Assembly (NCBI GenBank): GCA_044229975.1
Contig: JBGARZ010000017.1
Span: forward strand, 64,001-128,000
Length of the DNA stretch: 64,000 nt
Reading direction: 5' to 3'
DNA from: Polyangiales bacterium
GTDB lineage: Bacteria; Myxococcota_A; Polyangia; Polyangiales; Ga0077539
Shown: one piece after another, positions 29,431-38,798 of the stretch
Position numbering within the stretch: position 1 is the stretch's first letter
Layout: the number at the start of each line of letters is the position of its first letter
Translations under genes and position numbers: made by a program
The notes under the pieces: generated by a model
What the model was told of the DNA's origin: nothing
Seen by the model: only the letters and a program-made list of their open reading frames with translations
Database searches by the model: none

Positions 29431-29865
29431 ATGATTCAACCGTTCAAGAAGATACTCGTCGCGACGGACTTCAGCGAGCCCGCCGGACGCGCGGTGGAGC
29501 GCGCTTGCGACCTCGCGCGGAGGTTCGACGCGGCGCTGCACGTGGTCCACGTCTGGGAGGCGCCGTTGATCGTGGGCGGCGCCATCGCGGGATACGACAC
29601 CGACTGGGTCACCCTCGTGGAGGAGAGTGCGCGATCCCGCCTGAGCGCAGTGGTCGGGGGTCTTGAGGGGAGCGGCGTCGTGGTCACGTCAACGCTATGC
29701 AGCGGCGCCGCGTGGGACCGCATCGTCGCCCTGGTGCCCGAGCACGGAGCCGATCTCGTGGTCGTCGGTACCCACGGACGCACCGGCCTCAGCCGCGCGT
29801 TCATGGGGAGCGTCGCCGAGCGGGTGGTCCGGCACTCGCCGGTCGCCGTGCTCACGGTTCGTTGA
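29431..29865 (+). CDS. Universal stress protein
   Basis: KILVATDFS, VVGTHGRTG, GSVAERVVRHS; GGAGGAG RBS. Confidence 0.93.
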   Translation: MIQPFKKILVATDFSEPAGRAVERACDLARRFDAALHVVHVWEAPLIVGGAIAGYDTDWVTLVEESARSRLSAVVGGLEGSGVVVTSTLCSGAAWDRIVALVPEHGADLVVVGTHGRTGLSRAFMGSVAERVVRHSPVAVLTVR

Positions 29866-29886
29866 TCGGTCGGGCGCGCGAACGGG

Positions 29887-30711
29887 CTACCGCGTCGTGC
29901 GCCCGGGCGTCCTCGCGCCGTCGAGGAACTCTCGCACGACGGGGGCGGTGCTCGCCTCGATGCTCTCGACGGGGCCGATGGCCACGACCCGCCCCTCGTG
30001 GAGGAGCGCGATGCGATCGGCGACGCGTGAGGCCAGCGCGAGGTCGTGAGTGACGACCACCGAGGTGACCTTCAACTGCTCGCGCAGGGACGCGATGAGG
30101 TCGCCAATGCGGCTGCTATTGATCGGGTCGAGGCCCGTCGTCGGTTCGTCGTAGAGGACGACCTCGGGGCGCAACGCGATGGTGCGCGCCACGCCCACGC
30201 GCTTGCGCATGCCCCCGGAGAGCTCGGCGGGCATCAGCGGCCCGGCGTCGGCGAGCCCCACCGCGCCGAGGGCCCACGCCACGCGCTCATCGACCGCGTC
30301 GGGCTTCATGCCGCGACGCCCCTCCACCCGGAGGCCGTAGGCCACGTTGTCGGCGACCGAGAGCGAGTCGAAGAGCGCCGCGCCCTGGAACACCATCCCG
30401 ACGTTGCGGCGCACCGAGGCCAGCTCGCGGGACGTGGCGCGCTCGACGTGGAGGTCGTGCCAGAGGACCTCGCCGCGGTCGACGGGCAGCAGCCCGATGA
30501 TGAGCTTGAGCAGCACGCTCTTGCCGCACCCGGACGGCCCGAGGAGCGCGAGCACCTCGCCGCGACGCACGTCGAGGTCGAGGTCGCGAAACACCTCCTT
30601 CGGACCGAAGCTCTTCCAGACGCCGCGCACCCTCAGGACCACCTCCGCGGGTGTGGCGGTCGACGGCTGGGGCGGGTCGCGCGGGACCCGGTCGGACGTC
30701 GCAGCGTTCAC
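29887..30711 (-). CDS. MlaF/Mkl-family ABC ATPase (orphan)
   Basis: GPSGCGKS, FQGAALFDSL, LSGGMRKRV, YDEPTTGLDP, VTHD; start uncertain. Confidence 0.88.
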   Translation of the reverse strand: MNAATSDRVPRDPPQPSTATPAEVVLRVRGVWKSFGPKEVFRDLDLDVRRGEVLALLGPSGCGKSVLLKLIIGLLPVDRGEVLWHDLHVERATSRELASVRRNVGMVFQGAALFDSLSVADNVAYGLRVEGRRGMKPDAVDERVAWALGAVGLADAGPLMPAELSGGMRKRVGVARTIALRPEVVLYDEPTTGLDPINSSRIGDLIASLREQLKVTSVVVTHDLALASRVADRIALLHEGRVVAIGPVESIEASTAPVVREFLDGARTPGRTTR

Positions 30712-30718
30712 GTTGGCG

Positions 30719-30904
30719 CTACGCGGCGAACGACACACGGGCCACGGCGCGCCCACCCAGGCGCTCACGTAATGCCCCTCGGACGGTGAGGGTCGCGAGC
30801 GCGGTCGCGAGGCGCGGATCCGGCACGACAGCCTCGGCGGCGTCGAACGCCAACGCGACGAGGTCGCCCAGCGAGATGGTGTCAGTTCGGCGGGTTCGGC
30901 TCAT
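30719..30904 (-). CDS. Small hypothetical protein (61 aa)
   Basis: Own sigma54 box and GGAG RBS; its 5' end is duplicated at 37414. Confidence 0.6.
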   Translation of the reverse strand: MSRTRRTDTISLGDLVALAFDAAEAVVPDPRLATALATLTVRGALRERLGGRAVARVSFAA

Positions 30905-30934
30905 GGTTCAACACTCCGTTCGGGTAGGAGCAAG

Positions 30935-30950
30935 AGCAGAGCGCGTGCCG
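30935..30950 (-). promoter_or_regulatory. sigma54 promoter
   Basis: Minus strand CGGCACGCGCTCTGCT. Confidence 0.65.
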
Positions 30951-30992
30951 AGCACGCCGTGGGCATCGGCGGGCGCGACGCGCGTGAGCTCA

Positions 30993-31028
30993 GTGCAGCC
31001 GGTTCGCCGTGCGGCGCAGAACGTGCGC
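30993..31028. promoter_or_regulatory. Tandem GCGCA-N5-TGCGC sites
   Basis: GTGCAgccggTTCGC (30993) and perfect GCGCAgaacgTGCGC (31014). Confidence 0.68.
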
Positions 31029-31070
31029 GAGGCCGCGTCCCAGTCGGCGTGGCGTGGCCGGGCACGAACG

Positions 31071-31086
31071 TGGAACGACTCTCGCT
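31071..31086 (+). promoter_or_regulatory. sigma54 promoter candidate of the acg-like gene
   Basis: TGGAACGACTCTCGCT. Confidence 0.55.
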
Positions 31087-31138
31087 TTGCGCGCCCTCCG
31101 TCGGGCCTCTGCGCCCGAACGGACAGGAAGCGAAACCG

Positions 31139-32164
31139 ATGACCTCCAGCGACGTCGACGACCGGATCCACAACCAGCTCCGCTGGGCCGTCGCCCAGGC
31201 AGTGCGTGCGCCCTCGACCCACAACACGCAACCCTGGCGGTTCCGCATCGTGGGTTCGACCATCGAGCTCTACGCCGACCGCTCGCGGGCGCTCCCGGTG
31301 ACCGACCCCGAGGGGCGCGAGCTGACGATCAGCTGCGGCGCGGCGCTCTTCCACCTCCGCGTGGCGCTCCGCGGCTTCGGGCTCGACGCCGACGTCGAGC
31401 GCCTGCCCGAGCCGGTGAACAACGACCTGCTCGCGCGAGTGACGGTGCGAGCGGGTTCGCCCCCCGACGAGGAGGAGCGCCTGATGGGCGCGGCGATCGG
31501 CACGCGACACACCTCCCGCGCGCCGTACCTGGGCATCACCGTGCCCGAGGACGCGGTCGATCGTCTCCGTCGCGCCGTCGAGGCGGAGGACGCCTGGTTC
31601 GTACCGCTCGCCGAGGAGGCCCAGCGGGTCCGCCTCGTCGCGTTGATCATGGAGGCCGACCACGAGCAGTGGCAAAGCGGCGCCTTCCGCGGCGAGTTCG
31701 CCCGGTGGATGCGCGCCAACGACAGCACGGCCACCGACGGAGTCTTCGGCTACGCGGGCGGGCTCGACAACGTGGAGTCCCACCTCGCCGCCATGGCCGT
31801 CCGGCTGATCGATCGCGGGGCGCGCGAGGCCGTCCGACACAAGGACATCGCGGAAGCCTCGCCGCTGCTCGCGGTGATCGGGACCGAGGGCGACTGGGCG
31901 CTGCCGTGGATCCGCGTCGGCGAGGCGCTCGACCGGGCGCTCCTCTGCGCGGAGAGCGAGTCGTTCTGCGTGGCGTACCTCAATCAACCGATCGAGGTCC
32001 CAGAGCTTCGGACGCACGTCGGCGAACTCACCGGCGGCGCCGGCTTCCCTCAGCTCATTCTCCGGATCGGCTACGGCACGGCGGGTGCGCCGACGCCGCG
32101 GCGTCCCGTCACCGAGGTCCTCGATTCGGACCCGAACCAGGCCGCGAAGAGCGACGGAGGCTAA
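31139..32164 (+). CDS. Acg-family FMN-binding nitroreductase-like protein
   Basis: RAPSTHNTQPW, DPEGRELTISCGAAL, RHTSR, PQLILRIGY..TPRRPV. Confidence 0.9.
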   Translation: MTSSDVDDRIHNQLRWAVAQAVRAPSTHNTQPWRFRIVGSTIELYADRSRALPVTDPEGRELTISCGAALFHLRVALRGFGLDADVERLPEPVNNDLLARVTVRAGSPPDEEERLMGAAIGTRHTSRAPYLGITVPEDAVDRLRRAVEAEDAWFVPLAEEAQRVRLVALIMEADHEQWQSGAFRGEFARWMRANDSTATDGVFGYAGGLDNVESHLAAMAVRLIDRGAREAVRHKDIAEASPLLAVIGTEGDWALPWIRVGEALDRALLCAESESFCVAYLNQPIEVPELRTHVGELTGGAGFPQLILRIGYGTAGAPTPRRPVTEVLDSDPNQAAKSDGG

Positions 32165-32350
32165 GCCGACGACGCGGGGTTCGCCGCGAAGTCGATGCCT
32201 CAGAAGAAACACCGCCGTAGATCCGCGTGGAGGCGACTGTCTTCGTGCCGACTCGCTCGCAGCCGGGGAACGTGACGGCGATCTCCTCAAGAAGCGATGG
32301 GGTCGAGCTCCGCCAGTGGAGGCGGATGCAGGTCGCTGGCATCGCCCTCG

Positions 32351-33247
32351 TCACGGTTCATCGCGCCCGACACGGATGCGGCCGTGAACCGATTCGCCTG
32401 GTGCGCAGGCGGCGCGCTCGATCGCGTACAGGTACCGCGCGGTCAGCGCGAGGCCCACCGTCCCGAGGATCACAAAGGCGACGGTCTGCACGGGGTCGCC
32501 CGGCACGCCCCGGCGTGCGGCTAGGGCCGTGGTGACCACCAGCGTGAAGCCGATGAGCGTCGCCTTCGGGAGGAGCACGCCGGCGAGCACGAAGCCCCAT
32601 GGGCGACGTCGCCAGAGCAGCACGCCGCCCCAGAACATCGCCGGGAGGGCGACCACCAGGTCCAGCGACCAGACAAGGTGGGGTACCGGCCCCGGAGCGC
32701 GACCCGAGGCGATCGCGGAGGCGATGCCCCCGCCCCAGAGCGAGACGAAGAGCAGGGCCATGGCCACCAGAAAGCCGCCCACCGGCCGCGCCGGAGTGCG
32801 TGGCCCGAAGGCGGCCTTCACTGCGTTGGGATCGACCTCGACCAGGAGGCCGAGCAATGCGTACGTGCTCATGGAAACGACGGCGACGTGGGCGGGGAAC
32901 AGCAGCGAGAAGCGACACCCCAGCACGTAGAACGCGTACGAGTACGCGACGTAGAAGAGCGTCCCCATCCAGAGCAGACGGCCCGCGAGCGCGCCGCGCC
33001 GGGCCAGCCACACCGAGGCCGCGAGTAGCGGGAGGCCGACAACGAGGCTGACCGCGTCCTGCCCGATGAACGCGGCGAGCGTCGCCGGGTCAGGATCGTA
33101 GAGGCGCTCGGCGCCCCACCGCAGGCCCACCACCGAGGTGGCCGTCATGAGTGCGCCAACGGCGATCGAGAGGGCGACCGAAAGCCGAAGGAGGCCCGGT
33201 TCGCGTCGAGCTGGTGCGGCGAGGGGAGCTGCGAGTGGGAGGGTCAT
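32351..33247 (-). CDS. Polytopic membrane protein
   Basis: About 8 TM helices; GQDAVSL, YVAYSY, LDLVVALP. Confidence 0.75.
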   Translation of the reverse strand: MTLPLAAPLAAPARREPGLLRLSVALSIAVGALMTATSVVGLRWGAERLYDPDPATLAAFIGQDAVSLVVGLPLLAASVWLARRGALAGRLLWMGTLFYVAYSYAFYVLGCRFSLLFPAHVAVVSMSTYALLGLLVEVDPNAVKAAFGPRTPARPVGGFLVAMALLFVSLWGGGIASAIASGRAPGPVPHLVWSLDLVVALPAMFWGGVLLWRRRPWGFVLAGVLLPKATLIGFTLVVTTALAARRGVPGDPVQTVAFVILGTVGLALTARYLYAIERAACAPGESVHGRIRVGRDEP

Positions 33248-33270
33248 GGCGAGGGTTGTCAGGGCCAGTC

Positions 33271-33286
33271 CGCAAGTCCCGAGCCG
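33271..33286 (-). promoter_or_regulatory. sigma54 promoter candidate
   Basis: Minus strand CGGCTCGGGACTTGCG. Confidence 0.55.
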
Positions 33287-33349
33287 GATGGCTGTGGGCG
33301 ACGCCAACGGTTCGCTGGAGCGGCCACTGACCTCACGAACGGACTGCGA

Positions 33350-33549
33350 TCAGCGGGGCGCAGGGGCGGCGTCGCGGAGTCGGTGCTCCAGGTCGGTACG
33401 CTCCGCGCTCACGCGGGTCGTGGTGGCGCCCACGAGCCGACCCTCACGGCCCGCATCAAGGCCTCCGAGTAGTCGCAGGCGGGGAGGCTAGGGACGAGGG
33501 CCGTCGCCATGAGGATTCGAAGAGTTCGGGAGGAGAGGGTTGGCTTCAT
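33350..33549 (-). other. Small lipoprotein or frameshifted lipoprotein remnant
   Basis: MKPTLSSRTLRILMATALVPSLPAC signal/lipobox-like start, with sigma54 box CGGTACGCGGCGTGCT (33563-33578). Stop at 33409, or at 33350 after a frameshift. Confidence 0.45.
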
Positions 33550-33628
33550 GCGGGGCGCATCGAGCACGCCGCGTACCGCCTCGCGGTTCCGCGCCTGGCG
33601 GCGGCACGTCGCTTGAGTCAGGGAGCGC

Positions 33629-34030
33629 ATGTCACCCACGCTCGCTCCGACCCGACGAGTCCTGCTCATGGAGGACGACGCCTCCGCGGGGGGCAGGCTC
33701 GCGCAGATGCTGCGCGAGGACGGCTACGAGGTGGAGTTCGTGCCCGACGGGGAGACGGCGATCTCGCGGCTCCGACGCTCCCCGCCCCCGGACGTGCTGG
33801 TGGCCGACTACCGGCTCCCGGGGATCGATGGGCTCGGCGTCGCGGCCTTCGTGCGGGATCGATGGCCGGGCATGCCGGTGATCATGGTCACCAGCTACCC
33901 CGAGGTGATCGAGCGCGTCACCCGTCGCGACGGCACGCCGATGGTCATCCTCGGCAAGCCCCTCACGTATGCGGACCTCGTCCGCGAGCTGGAGCGGGGA
34001 CGCCGCGTCGACCCGACCCCGGGGTCGTGA
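33629..34030 (+). CDS. Single-domain response regulator
   Basis: VLLMEDD, DVLVADYRLPGIDG, IMVTS, KP. Confidence 0.88.
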   Translation: MSPTLAPTRRVLLMEDDASAGGRLAQMLREDGYEVEFVPDGETAISRLRRSPPPDVLVADYRLPGIDGLGVAAFVRDRWPGMPVIMVTSYPEVIERVTRRDGTPMVILGKPLTYADLVRELERGRRVDPTPGS

Positions 34031-34677
34031 CAACGCTCAAGAGTCCGGGCGTCGCCGTGCGCGTCGTGGGGGTGAGGGAGACGCTCTCCGGCGACGGCGC
34101 GGTCCGACGTCACCTGACCGTGTACTGCGAAGACGCGGGCCGGTCGGTCGATGCGATCGCCTGCGCCGACTGCGCCCACTGTGTAGGGAACGAGGGACCG
34201 ACGGTGAACCGCCCGGGCGCCGTGCATTGCCTGCGACTCGACGTCGAGCGCGCGTCCGCCCCACGGGGGTCGGGGCCGAGCCTCCCCGTGTGGTCGGTGA
34301 TGCAGCGCGACGTGGTGTGCGTGACGGCGGACGTCGCCCCCGCGACCGTCACCGCGCTGCTCCGCGCGTGGGGCGCCGACGGCGTCCCCGTCGTGGACGA
34401 GAGCGGTCGTCCGGTTGGGATGGTCTCCCGAACGGACCTCCTGGGCCGACCTCTCCACCGCGGCGAGCTCGCGAATCCGGCAGCGCACCCGCCGGTCCCG
34501 CGGACCGTGGCCGAGGTGATGACTCCCCGGGCGCTCTCGGTCATCGAGACGACCGCGCTGGCCGCCGCCGTCGCGTCCATGTCGGCCGCCGGGTTTCATC
34601 AGCTACCGGTCGTCCTGGCGGACGGCACCATCGTGGGTGTCCTCTCGACGCGCGCGGTGGTCCGTCGGGTGAGATGA
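34027..34677 (+). CDS. Five-cysteine domain + CBS pair protein
   Basis: GTG overlaps the regulator stop; C-x11-CxxCxxC-x15-C, then CBS motifs (GVPVVD..GMVSRTDL; HQLPVV..VGVLS). Confidence 0.82.
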   Translation: MTTLKSPGVAVRVVGVRETLSGDGAVRRHLTVYCEDAGRSVDAIACADCAHCVGNEGPTVNRPGAVHCLRLDVERASAPRGSGPSLPVWSVMQRDVVCVTADVAPATVTALLRAWGADGVPVVDESGRPVGMVSRTDLLGRPLHRGELANPAAHPPVPRTVAEVMTPRALSVIETTALAAAVASMSAAGFHQLPVVLADGTIVGVLSTRAVVRRVR

Positions 34678-34700
34678 GGGGACCGCGCACGGGTTGCGAC

Positions 34701-35828
34701 TCAGTCGCGATGGTGTCCCCACAGCGCGGGGCGGTTGATCTCGACGTCGAGGATCTCCCATCGGTAGTAGTCGAAGTCGCCCGCGGGAAGCCGCCAGATG
34801 GCGCCGCCGCGTACGGGCACCTCGACGCCCCGGATCACCCTCCAGGTGGTCGCGGGAATCACCCACGTCTCCAGGGTCGCGCCGTTGTAGTACCGCCGCG
34901 CCGTGAGGCGGGTGAAGCGCCCGCGTGCGTCGAACTCGAAGACCGCGGACGCCTCGACCCCGTCGACCCGGAGCGTGGCCCGGGCGCTCGCGTCGTCGAT
35001 GGCCTCCCAGGAGATCGACCGGGATAGCGCGGCGGACGGGAACCAGATGATCTCCCCCAGGTAGCGGAGCGCGGTGCCCTGGTCGAAGCGCGGGCCGGTG
35101 CCGTCGGCCACCGCGAAGAGGCCCGCGAGGGTGATGTACATCCGCCCCCTACCGCCGACGAAGGTGTCGCGACCCGCGAGCGGCAGCACACCCGCCATCG
35201 TCACGTCGACGTTCCACACGAAGCCGGGCTCGTCGGCGGTGAAGTACTGCGTCGCCTCGGCGTGCATGAACGCGCGCCCCGGCCCGGTGCGCATCTCGCC
35301 GCGCTGCCGCAGGCGCACCGTCCGCGCCCGCGGCCGACCGACGGCCCCGCAGCCTTCGAGCCAGCGGCGCACCGGCGACGGCAGCGACGCGAGCTCCTCC
35401 GCGCGTACCACGGGGGCGTCACCGACCGTGCTTCGCGCGAAGAGCGCCCGGGCGTGGCGGTCGTTCACCGAGTGAAACCCGTGAACGCCCGCGGCCATGA
35501 CCACGGCGAGGCCCAGGAGCGCGTTGGCCGCCGTCCCGGCCCGCGCCTCGCCCCACTGGAGGATGATCAGCGTCTGCGACAGGGCCAGGTTCGGGGCGGC
35601 CACCATCCACCACGCGTCGCGATCGAGGAGGCGCAGCGTGGCGGCGGCGAGGAGGCCGACCGCCGTCAGGAGCCACAGGGCGCCGACCGCACGAAGCGCG
35701 CCCTCCGGCAAAGGTACGATCGTGCGGCCGCTCAGCCGTGGGAGCTCGGCCAGCTTCCACGCCTTGAGGAAGCCCGGGAGGTGGATCAGCCCGTGGAGGA
35801 CGAGGAGTGCGGCGGTCGCGATGCGCAT
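34701..35828 (-). CDS. Membrane-anchored conserved protein (DUF6544-like)
   Basis: N-terminal TM helices, then LP.PV.R.L, Q.G.MR, QYF...PGFVW, DQG..LRYL.E..W.P. Confidence 0.7.
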   Translation of the reverse strand: MRIATAALLVLHGLIHLPGFLKAWKLAELPRLSGRTIVPLPEGALRAVGALWLLTAVGLLAAATLRLLDRDAWWMVAAPNLALSQTLIILQWGEARAGTAANALLGLAVVMAAGVHGFHSVNDRHARALFARSTVGDAPVVRAEELASLPSPVRRWLEGCGAVGRPRARTVRLRQRGEMRTGPGRAFMHAEATQYFTADEPGFVWNVDVTMAGVLPLAGRDTFVGGRGRMYITLAGLFAVADGTGPRFDQGTALRYLGEIIWFPSAALSRSISWEAIDDASARATLRVDGVEASAVFEFDARGRFTRLTARRYYNGATLETWVIPATTWRVIRGVEVPVRGGAIWRLPAGDFDYYRWEILDVEINRPALWGHHRD

Positions 35829-35834
35829 CGACCG

Positions 35835-37064
35835 TCACGCCCCGACGTGGCCGCCGGGCAACGGCGGAGGGGCGTGACTGGAGCCGTCATCGCCGGTCGC
35901 GGGGAGCAGGTCGCCGTCGCCCATCTCGATCACGTCGAGGTCCATCGACACCTCGCCGACGGCAGCCTGGATATACTGGAGGTCGCGTCGTCGCCGGTCT
36001 TCGCGGGGCTCGGCTCCGCCACCGGTCATTGGCGATGCCCCGGCACGGCCACGCCCCCGCGCCAGCACTGCGACGAGTCGCCGGTCGGCCTCGCGCAGCT
36101 GCCGGACGCTCACCGTGGCGAGGTGATGCTGGAGGCTCACCGCCGCGGGACCTCCAGCGCCAACGAGGCGCTCGTATCCATCGCGCCCCATCTCCAGCGC
36201 CGTGACGGTGCGACGGGCGCGGAGGGTGGCCGATCGCCGGGTGCCGTCGAGCAGCGCCGCCTGCCCCACGGTGGAGCCCGCGCGCAGCGTCGTGAGCACC
36301 CGCTCTCCGGCCATCAGCGCCTTGACCACCTCGACCTCGCCCGCGAGGACGAAGTAGCAGCAACGCGCCTCGGACCCCTGCGACGAGAGCACCTCGCCTC
36401 CGGCGAAGTGTCGCTCCTCGCACGCCGAGAGCAGCGCCCTGAGGTCGTCGTCACCGCAGTCGAGCGTCACCCCACAGGCGCGTAGCGCGAAGGGCTCCAC
36501 CGTGGGTCGGCGCGGCGGCGGCGGGGCGGAGCGTGGCCACCGCGAGCGGATCCTTCCGGGCTCCGCGGCAGGCGGCGACGAGAGAGGGGCGAACGCGCTC
36601 ACCTCGCCGAGCTCGATGGCGATCCGCCGGTCGACCGCGTGCAGCTTCCGCGCGACGCCGTGGAGGATCGCCGTGAGCAGTCGCGCCGCGACGCGGGGCC
36701 ACTCCCGGCGCAGGGCCTCGAATCCGCGCCGGTCGAGCTCCAGCACGACGGAGGGCGCCGTCGCGACGACCGTGGACGATCGGGGCTCCGGGTCGATGAA
36801 GGCCCCCTCGCCGATGAGCGCGCCGGCGCCGAGCACGGCGACCTCGGCCCCCGGGATCGGGACGTCGCGCAGGCTGACGGCGACCTCGCCCCGGACCACG
36901 ATCGCGAGCGCGTCTCCGGGGTCGCCCTCGCGGAACAGGACGTCGCCGGGTTCGAGCCATCGATCCCGCGCGTGCGAGAGGAACGCGTCGAGCTCGGCGA
37001 CCTCGAGGGGGTGGAAGAGTTCGAGGCGACGCAGGTCGAGGTGATGGGCGGATGCGGGTAGCAT
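35835..37064 (-). CDS. Tandem cyclic-nucleotide-binding domain protein
   Basis: Two cNMP domains (FREGD..IGE...PRSSTV; QG..VGQ...RRSATL); no HTH or enzyme domain. Confidence 0.82.
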   Translation of the reverse strand: MLPASAHHLDLRRLELFHPLEVAELDAFLSHARDRWLEPGDVLFREGDPGDALAIVVRGEVAVSLRDVPIPGAEVAVLGAGALIGEGAFIDPEPRSSTVVATAPSVVLELDRRGFEALRREWPRVAARLLTAILHGVARKLHAVDRRIAIELGEVSAFAPLSSPPAAEPGRIRSRWPRSAPPPPRRPTVEPFALRACGVTLDCGDDDLRALLSACEERHFAGGEVLSSQGSEARCCYFVLAGEVEVVKALMAGERVLTTLRAGSTVGQAALLDGTRRSATLRARRTVTALEMGRDGYERLVGAGGPAAVSLQHHLATVSVRQLREADRRLVAVLARGRGRAGASPMTGGGAEPREDRRRRDLQYIQAAVGEVSMDLDVIEMGDGDLLPATGDDGSSHAPPPLPGGHVGA

Positions 37065-37112
37065 GGTCGTCCTCCGGGGGTGGCGCCGGGTTGCGGTTGA
37101 GGCGATCCATCG

Positions 37113-37128
37113 AGCACGGGTCGTGCCG
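37113..37128 (-). promoter_or_regulatory. sigma54 promoter of the cNMP gene
   Basis: Minus strand CGGCACGACCCGTGCT. Confidence 0.65.
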
Positions 37129-37171
37129 CCGCCCGACGTCCATGCGGAAGTGTCGGTGTGGTGGCGTAGCG

Positions 37172-37414
37172 TCAGCGGGTCGAGTTCGCCCCATCGAGGA
37201 ACTCACGGACGATCGGGTCGACGCTCGCCTCGATGGTCGCGACGGGGCCGATGGCGACGACCCTCCCTTCGTGAAGGAGCGCGATCCGATCGGCGACGCG
37301 GGAGGCCAGCGCGAGGTCGTGGGTGACGACGACGGAGGTGACCTTCAACTGCTCTCGCAGGGACGCGATCAGGTCGCCCAGAGGGATCGAGTGACTCCGT
37401 CGATCTGCGTGCAT
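37172..37414 (-). pseudogene. Chimeric remnant: small-protein N-terminus fused to MlaF C-terminus
   Basis: GDLIASLREQLKVTSVVVTHDLALASRVADRIALLHEGRVVAIGPV is identical to the ATPase at 29887; the start context GTTGAACCATG is shared with 30904. Confidence 0.8.
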
Positions 37415-37724
37415 GGTTCAACCTTTCCTTCGGATGAGGGAAGAGCCGCGCGTGCCACTTCCACTTCCGGCAACCACTGCTCGAACAACCCGTCAGGTCG
37501 TCTGACGACGCGGCGCTGCTCCCGACGCTCGCGCCCTCGATCGGCGCGATGGCGGTGGCTGGCGTCGTCGCCGCGGCGCAGGCCTACCGACGGTCCTCCT
37601 CGCCTCCAGGTATCGTGAGCGGTTCGTCGGAGGACGCGAGCGTGCGCAACCCTTCGAGCTGCGCTCCGCGATCACCTTCGGGGTGCTCTACGGGGTGACC
37701 CTGGCGATGAAAACGAAGCCACCC

Positions 37725-38798
37725 TCACGCCGTGCGCTGCCGGAGCCGCGGACCGAGCGTCAGTGCCAGGATCGCCCCGGTGACGAGTGCCGCGCCCGCG
37801 ACCTCGTGCCCGTCGGGAGCGCGCTGCGACGGGAACAGAGCCGCCAGCGCGAGCGCAGCGGCGACGCCCGCGAGCACGCTCGATGCGCGGTTGACCGGCA
37901 CGGCGAAGGAGTTCTCTCGCTTGTCGAGCAGGATCAATCCGCCGAACACGCCCGTGAGCTGGGAGAGCAGCCCGACGGCTACCACCACGAGCGCCGCGGG
38001 GCCGGTTGGCACCTCCGTGAACCCGCGCTGCACGGCCTCCCCGAGAGCGCCGCGCCCAGCGATCGCGACCGCGACGAGCGCGACGAGGGCCGCCGGGCTC
38101 GCGACCATCTGCTCCTCGACGAAGAACCGCCGGTTGTCCTCGTCGGACCCCTTCGCGAGGCGGCTCATGGCGCGCAGCCGTACGAAGTAGGCTGCGAGGT
38201 ACACGGCGACGTCCACCACGGCGACGAGGGGGAGCGGCGCGCGCGCGCCCGGGGCCACCGTCGCACCGAGCGCCCCGAGGCTAAGGCCGAGCGCCACCCA
38301 CGAGAACCACCGCACCCGCCGACCGCTGACGGCGTCGACGATCGGCGCGAGGACCAGCACGCCGCCGCGCATCAGCAGCATCATGAACACGATGCTCGCC
38401 CCGCGGAACGTGTACGCCAGCGTCGTCGTGAGCATCACGGCCGCGGTGCACAGCCCCGAGAGGAGGGTCCAGCGACCCGGCCGCGGCAGGCGCACGCCCG
38501 CCACCGTCGCCTGGCCCGCCGCGCGCCACCAGCCGAGCACCGTGATCAGCGCGAACATCCCGACCGTCGACGCCGCGACGCTGATGGGCAGCAGCGAGGG
38601 GCCGTCGATCGGCCCTCCCAGTGACGGCACGAGTCCCGACGACAGCACCTTGGTCAGGGCGCTGTAGGGCACGTAGGCTGAGAAGTACCCGAAGGCGCAG
38701 AGCCAGATCGACTGCCCGCCCAGCCACTCCCGCAGGACTCCCCGATGGGAGGTCCGATGCCCTCCCGTCGTCGACGGCTCGCTAGCGGTGCGTCTCAA
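37725..38798 (-). CDS. Polytopic membrane protein (possibly DMT superfamily)
   Basis: About 10 hydrophobic segments; directly downstream of ppsA; start uncertain. Confidence 0.7.
   Translation of the reverse strand: MRRTASEPSTTGGHRTSHRGVLREWLGGQSIWLCAFGYFSAYVPYSALTKVLSSGLVPSLGGPIDGPSLLPISVAASTVGMFALITVLGWWRAAGQATVAGVRLPRPGRWTLLSGLCTAAVMLTTTLAYTFRGASIVFMMLLMRGGVLVLAPIVDAVSGRRVRWFSWVALGLSLGALGATVAPGARAPLPLVAVVDVAVYLAAYFVRLRAMSRLAKGSDEDNRRFFVEEQMVASPAALVALVAVAIAGRGALGEAVQRGFTEVPTGPAALVVVAVGLLSQLTGVFGGLILLDKRENSFAVPVNRASSVLAGVAAALALAALFPSQRAPDGHEVAGAALVTGAILALTLGPRLRQRTA

Noticed and set aside
29388..33617. sigma54-like boxes at 29388 and 33602
   Set aside because: They lack the invariant GG or GC dinucleotide, so they are too weak to call.
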